Origin: a candidate division WS6 bacterium OLB20
GTDB taxonomy: Bacteria; Patescibacteriota; Dojkabacteria; B142; OLB20
Assembly: GCA_001567355.1 (NCBI GenBank)
Contig: JYNZ01000001.1
Coordinates: forward strand, 5,944-69,943
Direction of reading: 5' to 3'
DNA length: 64,000 nucleotides
Below, one piece after another: positions 41,626-52,588 of this stretch; position 1 is the first letter of the stretch, and every line of letters starts with the position of its first letter. The position numbers and the translations under genes were made by a program. Below the pieces are notes generated by a model. It had not been told where the DNA came from, ran no database searches, and saw only the letters and a list, made by a program, of their open reading frames with translations.

Positions 41626-42288
41626 CTAAGTATTTTTCAGGTAAGACTTGTAGTTTTCGATGAGTAATTGAGAATCTTCGATATAAGCAATCTCGGGTTC
41701 AAAACTGGATGTGTGAATGCTTCCTTTAGAAAGTTGTGCCTGAGTATCAAGAATGCTCATGACAAGAAGTTGCACAATATACAAACCGTAAGAGTACCAG
41801 AACAAGCGATCCCTATCTATAGCGCGTAATGTGTATGGATTCATATGAACCACACCTGATAGGACTTTATAATCGTTTTCGTAAATCTTTAAACGACTCT
41901 TTGCTGACATTTCATAAGCACTAGGTATTTTTACCCTAACGCTTGATTTGCTGGCTAGGGGATACTTCTTTCCAGTCAGTAGTTCATAATCTAATCTTTC
42001 CATAGCATTCATCAGTTCTTCGGGATCTTGCGAACTTATTGCTGCTTCAACTTGCCAGAATAGCTCGAGCAAAGATCGTATTGCGATCAAGCAATATTTT
42101 TTGTTTCTTTGGGCAAGGATGTTACTGCATAAAGCATCGAACTCTTTAAGGAGTCGATTTATTTTTAGGTCGGTTACAGACTTGGGTTTACTGATCTGAT
42201 ATTTACTTAAGACTATACCCCGACGAATATTTGCCCTGAATTGACCTATGAATGTATTAAGATTAATGCTCTGGGATATCGAAGTCAT
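41626..42288 (-). CDS. hypothetical protein (first gene of the restriction-modification island, upstream of hsdM)
   Basis: 220 aa, AT-rich codon usage like the rest of the island. No motif recognised. Confidence 0.4.
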   Translation of the reverse strand: MTSISQSINLNTFIGQFRANIRRGIVLSKYQISKPKSVTDLKINRLLKEFDALCSNILAQRNKKYCLIAIRSLLELFWQVEAAISSQDPEELMNAMERLDYELLTGKKYPLASKSSVRVKIPSAYEMSAKSRLKIYENDYKVLSGVVHMNPYTLRAIDRDRLFWYSYGLYIVQLLVMSILDTQAQLSKGSIHTSSFEPEIAYIEDSQLLIENYKSYLKNT

Positions 42289-42499
42289 CTCATTATTCTT
42301 TGTATACCGTGTTAACTCCTTCGTGTTCCCTGTCGAATCGGCAGTTATGTAAACTAGGGCCGTTGAAGCTTGAAGCCACTGTTTTTTCTAAGAGTCGTAT
42401 TGTGCTGTTACTATATCCGATCCAGCCCCAAAAGTTAACACCCTCCGCCTTGCACGCCAGCCCAACCAGGCATACTATAAAAGCATAGCAATCTCACCA

Positions 42500-42973
42500 A
42501 TGACCTCAGAACACACAACAAAACCCAGACTCTCAACCATAGCAAAAATCCTGCTGCTCACACTCCCTCCCACCCTTTCACTAATCCAGCATCTCGATCC
42601 GTTTGGCCTTAACCCGAATCCTTTTGTCATCATCTTTGCCCACTGGCTGCTCTGGACCGGATTCTATTACATCTGTGCCATTGTTATATGGAAACTTATC
42701 AGCAGCAGACCACCACAGGTTGGATCAGCTGGTACAGATGACGAATCCGGGCATCAGGAGGATACGACACAAACAGACGGCTTTAACGCCTGGTATGAGA
42801 TGAAACGCGGGTTTTTTATCTACTGGGGCTTCTTCTTTGGTGCTCTGGTAACAGGCATAACCGTACTGATAGTTGCTTCCATACTGTCTGCTACGTTCCT
42901 CTGGCGTCTGAATGTTGAATGGGAGGGCTATCAGGAATACAGACAGCTGCAGCAAACTGATCGGGGCAGATAA
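42500..42973 (+). CDS. hypothetical membrane protein
   Basis: 157 aa with 3-4 transmembrane helices. Confidence 0.4.
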   Translation: MTSEHTTKPRLSTIAKILLLTLPPTLSLIQHLDPFGLNPNPFVIIFAHWLLWTGFYYICAIVIWKLISSRPPQVGSAGTDDESGHQEDTTQTDGFNAWYEMKRGFFIYWGFFFGALVTGITVLIVASILSATFLWRLNVEWEGYQEYRQLQQTDRGR

Positions 42974-43071
42974 TTGGATACATATGATCCGGTTACCAGA
43001 AACTGCCTGCTGTTGTCAGGCACAAGTCAGGATCAGCAAACCCGATACTCAGTGACAGACATAACATGTAA

Positions 43072-45131
43072 CTACGAATATGTTATCCCGCGTCCCCAGT
43101 ACTCAATAAATCCGGGCTGTACCTGCAATCCGTCCCTGCCATGTCTCAGTCCTGCCTCTATACGTGTAACGACAATGTCTGCAAGCTCCTCGGGGGTCTG
43201 TGCCTGTCGCAATTCCTGCGAATCAGCCCAGTACGGCAGCGTGTTTGCAAGTACAGAGATGACGGCCGACTGATCAGAACCGGGGTACAGCTGCTGCATA
43301 AGCGCTCCTGTTTTACCGGTAAGGGTGTATAAAAAGTCTGACAGCAGGGATACGCGATCAGCGCGGGACTGCTCAATATACTCGGGGTAATCTGACCAGA
43401 TCAGTTGTCTGTACTCAGGATGCGCCCTGGTCAGAATGCTTGTGCTGCTGAGAAACTTATTGACAGACCTGATCAGTGGTATAGACACAGGGGTGATCTC
43501 AAGAGGCTCCTGTGCTGATTCTCGATTGCTCTGAGCCTGCAGGGTCTCCTCAAGCAGAGACAATTCGGAAGGACCCACCAGTCCATCACTTGCAAGTGGT
43601 CGCTCATTAAACCTAATCAACAGCCTTACGGCCTCATCTGTCAGTCGTTTTGATACCGGATCGAGCAGAATATTAAACGACTCACTGTTTATCTGTTTTC
43701 CCTGCTTAGCATAGGCAGCAATCATGCGGTTGACGTAGTCGGGATCCTCTGTAACAAAGTGCTCGTGCAAACCAACCATGTAAAGCGGGTCACCAAAATA
43801 CCACGATCCGAGCATGGTTGTCGCAGTCTCTACCTCACGCCTGATGGCTGTGACAGGATCGGTTTTTAACTCGTCGATAACTCCGGCACGCCGCTCAGGT
43901 AAAACCGGCAGCATTACCCGCTTCTGCTCTGCAATCAGCAGAAAATCCTCAGGTGACTGCCGGGCGATCTTTTGCAGGAGGTCTACAAGCTTCTGTTCAT
44001 CCTGAAGTAACGCGTATTCTACAACCTCATCGCGGGTTATCCAGCCCTCCCTCATCATCGCCTGCATCCAGCGAACCAGGGTGGCGTATCCGATAGTTGA
44101 TGTGACATCCTTTGGCGGGTCAAAATAATCCAGATTCTCCTGCTCACAGATCGCTATCAGTGTAGTCATGTCAGTAAGCGCCTCATTCATCAGATGTGAA
44201 AAATCATCTCGTGCGTTATGCTCGGTCACCTGAAAATGCGTGCGTTCATGTGCGTCAACGTGCTGCAGCTTTCTTCTGATAGCCTCAACAGGCAATCCGG
44301 GATCAAACACCGCAAATGCGATTGGCAATCCTGTAACAGGATCGGTCCCTGCAGCAATCCCTGATGCCGGAAGCCCGGAATACCATCATTTGCTCCTACC
44401 TCTGAGATGTTACTCAGCGGCGCAGATCGCTTCAGACTGCTGACGAGGTAGACATTCTGGTTTAAATCGCTGTTTACGGGGAGTCCCAGACGCTGTCTCT
44501 CCTTCTTTAACCATTCACGGTGTGATGCAGCCTTATCCTGCATATAGCTGAGCGCCTCCTCGTATACTTTGGAATGCGTTTCACCCAGATATGGTGACGT
44601 AGACAGAAGCAGTTCAACAGTCATGTTATAAAAATCCTGATGCCTGCCACCGTGTGCCTGTGTGGGCGGATCCGGTGGTTCAGGAGTTGTGTCTTCAAAC
44701 AGCGTATCCTCTATATCTCCAGTGAAAAAGTGCTGCAAAGCCCCGGTACTTGAATACGGTCCACTCACCCACTCTGTGCCTTGACTGTGGGGGCCGATTA
44801 CACGGACAAACATCTCGCTGTCTGGATTTGCGCCGGACTCCAACAGTCGCTTGTATGCTGCAGCATAAACACTTTGTATGTGTATATGACTGCTCACAAG
44901 TTCCTCCTCAAAAAATGAATCCGGAAGCATATCAGTCACAAGTGCTGCAAACTGTCTGGAACGTTCCAGAAATATCGCGGGAGGTCTTGTCTCTGGATTG
45001 TCAATCTGCTGCTGCAGACTTTCGTCGAGTTCATAGGACCGCTGCACAGGTTCTGACAGCTGTGATTCATATCTGGCCGTAAGCCGGGGATATAAGAGAC
45101 CTATCTCTGAATACGCCGAATCTGTTTCCAT
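43072..45131 (-). CDS. hypothetical protein, present as two overlapping ORFs (301 aa and 418 aa) that may be one frameshifted gene
   Basis: The ORFs 44226-45131 and 43072-44328 are co-directional and overlap by about 100 nt in different frames. No domain recognised. Confidence 0.35.
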
Positions 45132-45195
45132 GAATGTGATGCTTTGCTGACAGCCGGAAGTAGATACACGACTGTCTCAGAAATAATAGCCTGTA

Positions 45196-45594
45196 TTGCA
45201 GGCATTATACAAAGTGCAGCAGGCACGTGCTATACTCACCCCCATGAAACCAGAAACCGTAGAAGCGCTGGTCGTCAACATCCGCAACCATCCCGACACC
45301 GGCCAGACAACAGAGTTTACACCTAAGACAGCTGCGTGCCCGGCGGACTGCTACCTGCTTGAAAAACGCCATTACAACGGGACAACATATAATACCTGCG
45401 CACTGGCACGGGCTGTGATCACAGCTTCAGCACGTGTGCTGGGTAACAGACACCTGTACACCGAGCGCGAACGTATCCCGGGTGAGCTGCTTGATTGCCC
45501 TGTGGGCGTGATGCTTGAGCAGGACGCGATCATCATCCCCAACGCCTCAGATCCGGAAGTCGGGATTGAGCTGCGTCTGCGCAGCAGACTGTAA
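45196..45594 (+). CDS. hypothetical protein
   Basis: 132-aa ORF. Confidence 0.3.
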   Translation: MQALYKVQQARAILTPMKPETVEALVVNIRNHPDTGQTTEFTPKTAACPADCYLLEKRHYNGTTYNTCALARAVITASARVLGNRHLYTERERIPGELLDCPVGVMLEQDAIIIPNASDPEVGIELRLRSRL

Positions 45595-45610
45595 TATCCC
45601 AGCTAACTGA

Positions 45611-45880
45611 CTAGAAGATATCAAATATCTCCGACAGGAATGACTCACGCTTGCGCGGCCTGTTTCTGTCAGAGCCTCCACGGTAGTCGTCGTCATCGTC
45701 ACCACCGATACGTGGTGCATTCTCATCACCGTAACTGTCATTTTGTTTTACTGCGGCAAGCAGCTTTTCCAGCTCGCCTTTATCAAGCCAGACACCACCT
45801 GAGACAGGACAGTATTCGATCTCGATACCAAATTTGGTGATCTTTTTCATCTCAACTTCTGGGTGCAGTGGACTCTTCAT
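45611..45880 (-). CDS. zinc-ribbon (zf-TFIIB-like) small protein with an acidic tail
   Basis: YCPVSGGVWLDKGELEKL matches the C-x2-C...WLD-GEL zinc-ribbon pattern. The C-terminal half is Asp-rich. Confidence 0.4.
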   Translation of the reverse strand: MKSPLHPEVEMKKITKFGIEIEYCPVSGGVWLDKGELEKLLAAVKQNDSYGDENAPRIGGDDDDDYRGGSDRNRPRKRESFLSEIFDIF

Positions 45881-46697
45881 CGCGATCTGAATAACAAGTA
45901 ATTACTGAAGACGTATTATTATGTGTGTCCGGGTGTACATCTGATTGCATATCATCCGGAGTCACGTCCGTCTGAGGCAGCAGTGCAGATCCGATCTGTT
46001 CCCGTGTCAGACGGGCAAGATTCATGGCGTTTCTGACCAGCAGCACAGGACCGGCCGGGCGGTCATCCGGACTGCGGTCGCTGCGGTCAAACATGTCATA
46101 GAGCAGATGCAGCTGACCGGTTGCTGGAAACGTGTAGCACCCGAGAATTACAGGAGATGTGATATAGAATCCGCCGCGTATCTGCGTAATGCCTGAGGGA
46201 ACAGAAGGTGTAGCGCTGAGTTTGTTTTGCTTGATCAGAACAGGGTGCTCATGCGTATACTCCGAAAAGCCATGTGTACCTTTGAGCAGCAGACGGGTTA
46301 CCAGCCGTTCCTGGGACGGAATCAGATTCTGATAGGCAAGGCCGTTCCAGCCTTTGTCCGGGAATGCGCCCTCTGCATCAGGACAGTAAGGGCTTTGTGC
46401 CTGTGAATGATCTCTAAGCAGCGAGTAGCCTACAGTAAAGACGTCCGCACCGATCTTGGCTGCGGGATCAAAATCCTCAAATTCATAGCTGGTGTCTGCA
46501 TGCCAGCCCAACTGAACAGCTGACGCTGCAAACGCGTTATCTCTGCTGACATGCTTCCAGGTAAACAGTGGCCACAAATCTGCAAAGTCAAATACAGGGA
46601 CACCAAGTTCAGGATGTGCCCCTCGCACAATCGATGCTAACAGCTCAGAAAACTTTTTCTGAGTGATACGTTCGAGAACAGAATCTCCCAGCTCCAT
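45852..46697 (-). CDS. hypothetical protein, paralog of the ORF at 57567-58286
   Basis: Shared C-terminal block FYITSPVILGCY...LLYDMFDRSDRSPDDRPAGPVLLVR versus FITSPVIIGCY...PVYDLFDRPHRPAHDRPAGPVLLIR. Confidence 0.45.
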   Translation of the reverse strand: MELGDSVLERITQKKFSELLASIVRGAHPELGVPVFDFADLWPLFTWKHVSRDNAFAASAVQLGWHADTSYEFEDFDPAAKIGADVFTVGYSLLRDHSQAQSPYCPDAEGAFPDKGWNGLAYQNLIPSQERLVTRLLLKGTHGFSEYTHEHPVLIKQNKLSATPSVPSGITQIRGGFYITSPVILGCYTFPATGQLHLLYDMFDRSDRSPDDRPAGPVLLVRNAMNLARLTREQIGSALLPQTDVTPDDMQSDVHPDTHNNTSSVITCYSDRDEESTAPRS

Positions 46698-46759
46698 TTG
46701 TATATACTAACTATATACATTGTAGCATGAATATTATGATATAATACAGGTATATAGCA

Positions 46760-47854
46760 TTGATCATCATGGAACTTAACACACTGCACAGACCGGACGC
46801 ACAGCGTATCGTCACCCACGAACCCCATAAGGGTATGGAGTTAAAGACGATTGCTGAGCCGCTAAGCGGACCCGAACAGATAGAGGAGCTTATCCCCGGC
46901 TTTAGTGAGGCATATTCAGACGCACTAAACCGTGTCGGTCCTCTTGTTTACTCTGATCCGGGATTTGTCCACCCGGCGCTGTTCTTCTGTGACGATGCCG
47001 GTTTTAACAGATATCTCGGCCGCGCACTTGCAGATTCAAATTCGCCTACGGCAGAAGGAGGACCGGGTAACCTGGTCTACTCAGGACATGAGAACGCGAT
47101 TTACATCCGCAGAAATGCGTTTGCCAATCGTGTAAAAAAAGGAGGATGGGACAGAGAGTTTATGGTCAGGGGAATTGTCGAAGAGATGCTGCATGCAGGT
47201 TCAACATTCGTTTCTCCGGACGGTACCGGCATGCGTGTCGGTTTTTATACAGTGCAGGCTGATGGTGCCAGGATTGTTGATTCGTCCCGACGACTGGAAG
47301 GCGGTCTGTATGCATGGCACACAGAAGCAATGACACCTGAAGAACTGGCTGAATACGGTGATGTTGACGAATACAGAGGTCAGGTTGAAGACCCTCTGCA
47401 GATTGCATTTACAGAACATGTCACCTCACTACTTGGCGCAATGCTGTTTGATGCGCAGCCGTATAACAAGGAAGGTGACAGAGTATCATTTTCGATCAGA
47501 CTGGCAGACGGGCTTGCAATGGGCGTGGGATCGTTCCGCAAGGAACACCTGCGTGCTATGTACTCATTCTCAGACATGACATTTGAACAGCGACTCTATG
47601 CAACACTGCAGGCAGGAACATTGCCCGCATTTAAAGATTTTATGATTGATCCGCTGAATAAACTGAAGTATAAGCATTTCAAGCGACTGTCACAGCAGCT
47701 CAAACACACCAGCGGACAACCGATTTCGCTTAATGACATCCAGAATAAAATGATTCCGTCGCTTGTGACAGCATACGGATACATGGGCAACAAAATCATG
47801 ATGGTCACCGACCGGACCATATTTACCGACGTCATGCACAGGCGAACGAGATAG
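46760..47854 (+). CDS. hypothetical protein
   Basis: 364-aa ORF. No motif recognised. Confidence 0.45.
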   Translation: MIIMELNTLHRPDAQRIVTHEPHKGMELKTIAEPLSGPEQIEELIPGFSEAYSDALNRVGPLVYSDPGFVHPALFFCDDAGFNRYLGRALADSNSPTAEGGPGNLVYSGHENAIYIRRNAFANRVKKGGWDREFMVRGIVEEMLHAGSTFVSPDGTGMRVGFYTVQADGARIVDSSRRLEGGLYAWHTEAMTPEELAEYGDVDEYRGQVEDPLQIAFTEHVTSLLGAMLFDAQPYNKEGDRVSFSIRLADGLAMGVGSFRKEHLRAMYSFSDMTFEQRLYATLQAGTLPAFKDFMIDPLNKLKYKHFKRLSQQLKHTSGQPISLNDIQNKMIPSLVTAYGYMGNKIMMVTDRTIFTDVMHRRTR

Positions 47855-47905
47855 CATGCCCGCGTAACAGCCTATGATACAATCCATTCAATACTACGGA
47901 TATAC

Positions 47906-49099
47906 ATGGACCAGATTGACCGCACCGCTTTTCTGACAGATTTTATCCTTAACAAGGATGCTCTGACACGCGCAGACAGACAGCGGCTGGTCGGCGAGCT
48001 GTATACATATGCCGAACTGTACAATCTTGAGGGGATCAGCAGGCCAGAACGTCTTCTGGCACTTGAAAGCGGCTCCAGCTTTGCAGCTGTCTCAGATATC
48101 GGCGGCAGCGTTCATGCTCTTGAGATCGCTCACCTCGATGTCTATTTCTCAGGACGCGCACCCTACCTGCTTGCAGGCCTTGATGCCAGTAAAGATATAC
48201 GGCTTCACTCTCCCCTGTTCTATCGCATGATCGGTCACCATGTTATCCCTGTGCAGAACCAGTTTCCGGGTATTAATCCTGATGTGCATACGATGCTTGA
48301 AGAACTGACAGGAAAACAGATTGCACCAGGCTATGACACCGGCCACCATGGCGCAGGTCAGTGCCGCAGGGGTGAATTGTCCAGAACCGGTGGCGTGATC
48401 ACCTGGGATGCCCTGCATTTTCCGGACCAGTGGAATCTGTTCAACCTGCACGAGACGATGAATGTCTGGTTTGAGGGTGACAGTTTTTACCAGGAGGTAA
48501 AACTGACGAACACAAACGACCATCCGATTCCGGTTTCATTGCTGCATCACCCCTACTTTGTCAATCCGGCAGCTTCTCTTGACGGTGCACGTGTTGATCT
48601 GGTTTCAACCCGCAACAAAAAGCGCAAGCTGCTCTTTGACCTGGGACGTTACGTCTCAGACGGTGAACAGCGGTTTAACGGCATCCCTGTGCTGGAACGT
48701 GATCAGGAGCTTGCGTTTACCCGCAGTGATGGCACCGAGCTCAGGCTTGGCTACTACGGGGACTATGACCAGACAACGGGAGGCATCCAGATATTTTCAA
48801 ACGGACCGACAAATGAACGTCTGCTTGCTGACTTTGCAGCCAAGCATGAACTGCACCGCAAGCGCAGAGCAGCAATGCATACGCTTCTGACCGGGCTGGG
48901 CTTTGAACATTCCGACCCTGCAGCTGATGATATGGAAGATTTTACCCGTACTCAGCAGCAGCTGAACGGCCTCACCTCTGTCTGCATTGAGGTCAACACT
49001 TCAGGCGGCAACATCTATGCCGACGAAGACAGCGGTGCTGTGATCCTGCAGCCTGGGGAGTCACGGCGGTACGGGTACAGGGTGCGGCGGGAGTCGTGA
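47906..49099 (+). CDS. aldose-1-epimerase (galactose mutarotase)-like fold protein
   Basis: VKLTNTNDHPIPVSLLHHPYFVNPA resembles the mutarotase HPYFN region. It is a paralog of 51252-52274; both end ...L(Q/K)PGE(S/L)RRYG. Confidence 0.4.
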   Translation: MDQIDRTAFLTDFILNKDALTRADRQRLVGELYTYAELYNLEGISRPERLLALESGSSFAAVSDIGGSVHALEIAHLDVYFSGRAPYLLAGLDASKDIRLHSPLFYRMIGHHVIPVQNQFPGINPDVHTMLEELTGKQIAPGYDTGHHGAGQCRRGELSRTGGVITWDALHFPDQWNLFNLHETMNVWFEGDSFYQEVKLTNTNDHPIPVSLLHHPYFVNPAASLDGARVDLVSTRNKKRKLLFDLGRYVSDGEQRFNGIPVLERDQELAFTRSDGTELRLGYYGDYDQTTGGIQIFSNGPTNERLLADFAAKHELHRKRRAAMHTLLTGLGFEHSDPAADDMEDFTRTQQQLNGLTSVCIEVNTSGGNIYADEDSGAVILQPGESRRYGYRVRRES

Positions 49100-49112
49100 C
49101 GTTGTCCCGATA

Positions 49113-50080
49113 TTAGAGATACTTCTTGAGTTTCGTAAACAGCGCCTCATCAATCTCGATTTCACCCGACTCCATAGCTGCAATGCGCTTTTTTTCTGAT
49201 CGTTCTCCGGGATAAAACAGCTCCGTGTCAGAGTTCTGCTTGTAGGCAGTGATGATCTGCTCTGTCTGTTCATCCAGAAACTCATGCCCTGCAAACTTTG
49301 ACGGGTCAAGTGCTATCAGCAGACTGCCGTAATCGCAGTCAGTATCGTTTTGTGCATAGACACTGCCTGCGAGAGACCCCGCCAGGATCTGGATCATAAG
49401 CGCAAGCCCGGCACCTTTATAGGATCCGTCAAAACTTGTCACATAACCCTCCTTGGCAGCTGACGGATCAGTTGTCGGATTACCCTGCTGTCAAAAGCGT
49501 GTCCGTCTTTAAGCGGACTTCCGCTGATTTCGTGCGCGACAAGATCACCCCAGGTATATGATGCAGTACTCATATCAAGTGTAATGCTGCTTTGCCGGTA
49601 CGGCAGTGATATAGCCAGGGGGTTGGTCCCAAACACCGGACGTCTGCTCCCCGCCGGGGCAAGTCCCGGGTCGGCCGACGAAAACATTATCCCTGCAAAG
49701 CCTTTGCTGGCAAGCGCAGATGTGTAGTATCCGATCGGACCGCTTGAGTTGTCAGTGTTGTACACAGCAACAGCTGCCATGCCGTGCTCGCGTGCAGTCA
49801 GTTCTGCCTCGCGTAGTGCAATGCTGCAGGCATACATCGAATTATTGCGTCTGCCGTCCACCCGGACGGTTGTTGCTGAGGTATGTTCTACAGCAGGTTT
49901 ATCTGCCGTGGGGTCACGTTCGATCCTCCAGCCAAACAGTTTAGGCAGCCCCTGCGAACTGCCGGACAGCGCACCGTAGAGGATCACGTCTCCGATCGCA
50001 CCGCGTTCCTCCAGAGAATATCCGTATGACGCAAGCACCGCATCAATCACCTGTTGTGTTTGGGGAATAGTGATCTTCAT
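49113..50080 (-). pseudogene. Ldh_2 family (malate/L-lactate/ureidoglycolate dehydrogenase-like) oxidoreductase, frameshifted
   Basis: The 213-aa ORF carries PVFGTNPLAISLP...DMSTAS. The 109-aa ORF carries GSYKGAGLALMIQILAGSLAG. The frame-2 read-through GNPTTDP matches the family consensus. One extra G in the AGCAGGG run would join the two frames. Confidence 0.7.
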
Positions 50081-50817
50081 GACAGGGTTGTAAGGCTCAT
50101 GCCGCCATCGATGGTCAGAATCTCGCCGCAGACCGAGTCGCTTTGTGCCAGATACATGATTGCATCTGCAACTTCTGCCGGCTCAATCCAGCGCTTTGTC
50201 AGATGGTCCGCAGCATGCTTCTCAAGCGTCGAATGGTCCATCTCGCCCCACATCGGTGTCAGGGTTTTGCCTGGCGCAACAGAATTGACAAGAATATCGG
50301 GCGCCAGATGTTTGGCCAGGTTTTTCATGAACGAATCAAGTGCGGCCTTCATTGCCGAGTAGGCAATCGCTGAGGGTCTTCCGTGACCTGGCCGTCCATG
50401 CACTGACGAGACAAATATTATTCTGCCCTGCTGCATCAGCGGGCGTAAAGCATTTGTGACCCTGACCTGTGCAAGAAAATTGACTTCAAAGATGTCTCTG
50501 AATGCATCCAGATTATCGGGGCTGTCATCCTCGCTGAATATTCCTGCATTATTTATCAGAACGTCAATCCGGCCGTATTCGTGCTTCACAGCAGCAACAA
50601 GTCCTTCTACATCGCTGTCGGAAGTGATATCTGCCTTAATACTTACGCAGCTCACACCTGCTGCCTGTGCAGCCTGTTCTACATCCTTCGCGCCTGTGCG
50701 GTCACTGCTGTAGGTGATGGCAATATCAGCGCCAGCCTTGATAAACGCCAGTGCAGCTGCTTTTCCGATACCTTTTGAACCGCCTGTTATCAGCACCCGG
50801 GACCCTTTGATCTGCAT
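50077..50817 (-). CDS. SDR-family oxidoreductase
   Basis: TGGSKGIG Rossmann motif, NNAG, and catalytic YSAMKAAL. Confidence 0.85.
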   Translation of the reverse strand: MQIKGSRVLITGGSKGIGKAAALAFIKAGADIAITYSSDRTGAKDVEQAAQAAGVSCVSIKADITSDSDVEGLVAAVKHEYGRIDVLINNAGIFSEDDSPDNLDAFRDIFEVNFLAQVRVTNALRPLMQQGRIIFVSSVHGRPGHGRPSAIAYSAMKAALDSFMKNLAKHLAPDILVNSVAPGKTLTPMWGEMDHSTLEKHAADHLTKRWIEPAEVADAIMYLAQSDSVCGEILTIDGGMSLTTLS

Positions 50818-50911
50818 ACTGTTTGAGAGCTATGCACAACTCTAGCATGCTCGGCAGGGGTTAGTCTATCTGCAGAAATGTGATATACTATAAGTTATAT
50901 AGAAATGATAT

Positions 50912-51205
50912 ATGAGCGAACGTGTAACCACTTCTGCACCAAAATTTACCCGCAATGACAGTGGAACAGTCATCGTTGCCGGTGCACAGTTTGTCGAATG
51001 CCCGCAATCCTGTATTTTTCAGATGCAGTCAGAGCGCGGCAACACGTGTATGCTGCTGGAACTCGGTCTTGCGAGGGCCGTTGGCGTTATGCTGGCACGA
51101 CCGGATCTGACAGAGCAGCTGCAGCGCTGCCCCGGACCTTCGGAAGCCGGAATGATTGACTGTCCTGCGGGTGTCGGCTTTTATGACGGAAACCTTTTTT
51201 CTTAA
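50912..51205 (+). CDS. hypothetical protein
   Basis: 97-aa ORF upstream of the epimerase-like paralog. Confidence 0.3.
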   Translation: MSERVTTSAPKFTRNDSGTVIVAGAQFVECPQSCIFQMQSERGNTCMLLELGLARAVGVMLARPDLTEQLQRCPGPSEAGMIDCPAGVGFYDGNLFS

Positions 51206-51251
51206 TCCTGACGTCCTGCGCAGCAGTGACGATCACGTAACATAATCAGCA

Positions 51252-52274
51252 ATGGAGCAACTGCACACAATCACACCCGAATCACCTGCATTAAAACATG
51301 TTCTGATCCGCGGACGCAGCCCGCAGTACTCGGCACTGATATCAAGTCAGGGAGCTGGTACGCCCCGGGCAGTGACGCTTGCAGGGTATCCACTCATGCC
51401 GATGGGACCTGCTCCTGTTGAAGATCCTAAAGGTGACAGAGGCGAGATGCGGATGTTCAGCCACCTGATGATGTTTCCGGGCGGTTCAAACGGTCCGTTT
51501 ATGCCTGCTGATGCAGATTTTGTGGAAGACAAGACCGGAGTCAGGTTTTATCCGTTTCAGAAACACGGCCGGGCGGGCATGCGACCGCACGGCTTCACCC
51601 AGACGATTGATGCTACTGGCGGTCATGGGACCCCCTCGGCAGCCGAGTTTGAGCTTCGTTTTCCCGGCAGTGACGAGTATATCTGGCCGTTTCATCTTTC
51701 TCAGAAGCATTCATGGATTGAAGACGGTACAGCCTATCGCAGAGAGATCACAGTCACAAACACCGGCACTGATCCGATGTTTCTTAACCTCGGGTTGCAT
51801 GACTTTCTGGGTGTGCAGCCGGACCAAATGCGTGCCATCCGGGTAACAGAAGCCGTATCAGGCAGAGAACTCTTCAGCTTTGCAAACTACAACAGACCGG
51901 ATGATGAGCACGAACAGCCGGCATACGAGTATATGCACGTGCATCTTGGCGATGACGCTCCGGTGTTTGAGTATCAGCTGGATGGAGACTTCCGCGATGT
52001 CACATTTAACTCGTGGACTGACATGATCGGCTCATATGGACCGGCAATTATCAATACGCTTATCGATCAGCAGATTGCACGGTATCCGGATGCAGCCTAC
52101 TACTTTGAGGCCAACAGGGATGGTATCGTTGCCTACTATCAGAATGTAATTTCCTACGCATGCCCGGTTGAGGTTGCAGTCCCGCACTTTGGCGCTGCAT
52201 ACCGGCATGACAGGGCAGTTGTTCTGAAGCCGGGTGAGCTGCGCAGGTACGGTGTGACGATTCGCGCAGTGTGA
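51252..52274 (+). CDS. aldose-epimerase-like fold protein (paralog of 47906-49099)
   Basis: ITVTNTGTDPMFLNLGLHDFLG and the C-terminal VVLKPGELRRYGVTIR align with the paralog. Confidence 0.4.
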   Translation: MEQLHTITPESPALKHVLIRGRSPQYSALISSQGAGTPRAVTLAGYPLMPMGPAPVEDPKGDRGEMRMFSHLMMFPGGSNGPFMPADADFVEDKTGVRFYPFQKHGRAGMRPHGFTQTIDATGGHGTPSAAEFELRFPGSDEYIWPFHLSQKHSWIEDGTAYRREITVTNTGTDPMFLNLGLHDFLGVQPDQMRAIRVTEAVSGRELFSFANYNRPDDEHEQPAYEYMHVHLGDDAPVFEYQLDGDFRDVTFNSWTDMIGSYGPAIINTLIDQQIARYPDAAYYFEANRDGIVAYYQNVISYACPVEVAVPHFGAAYRHDRAVVLKPGELRRYGVTIRAV

Positions 52275-52588
52275 TCTGGATCCGAGAAACGTTCAAACAT
52301 ACACTTCTAAAGTACACTTCTCGCAATTGTACTGTGCAACTAATATTCCCGTGGTGGTTCTAGCCGGTTTGTGATTGCTGTCTCCTTAATTTCCGGCAAA
52401 GTCATGATGGGTTTTTGACCTGTGAAAGACCATAAATTTACTGCAAACACCGACTCTCGCTTGCAAATCAGGACAGTCATTACAAAAGGCACTAGTGTTA
52501 CAGTATTCTCTTAATCTGCTATTCGCATCTATGGTTTTATCCCGTTCTCGGATTTGCTAGGATGACGTAATCAGTCACTACGCAGATT

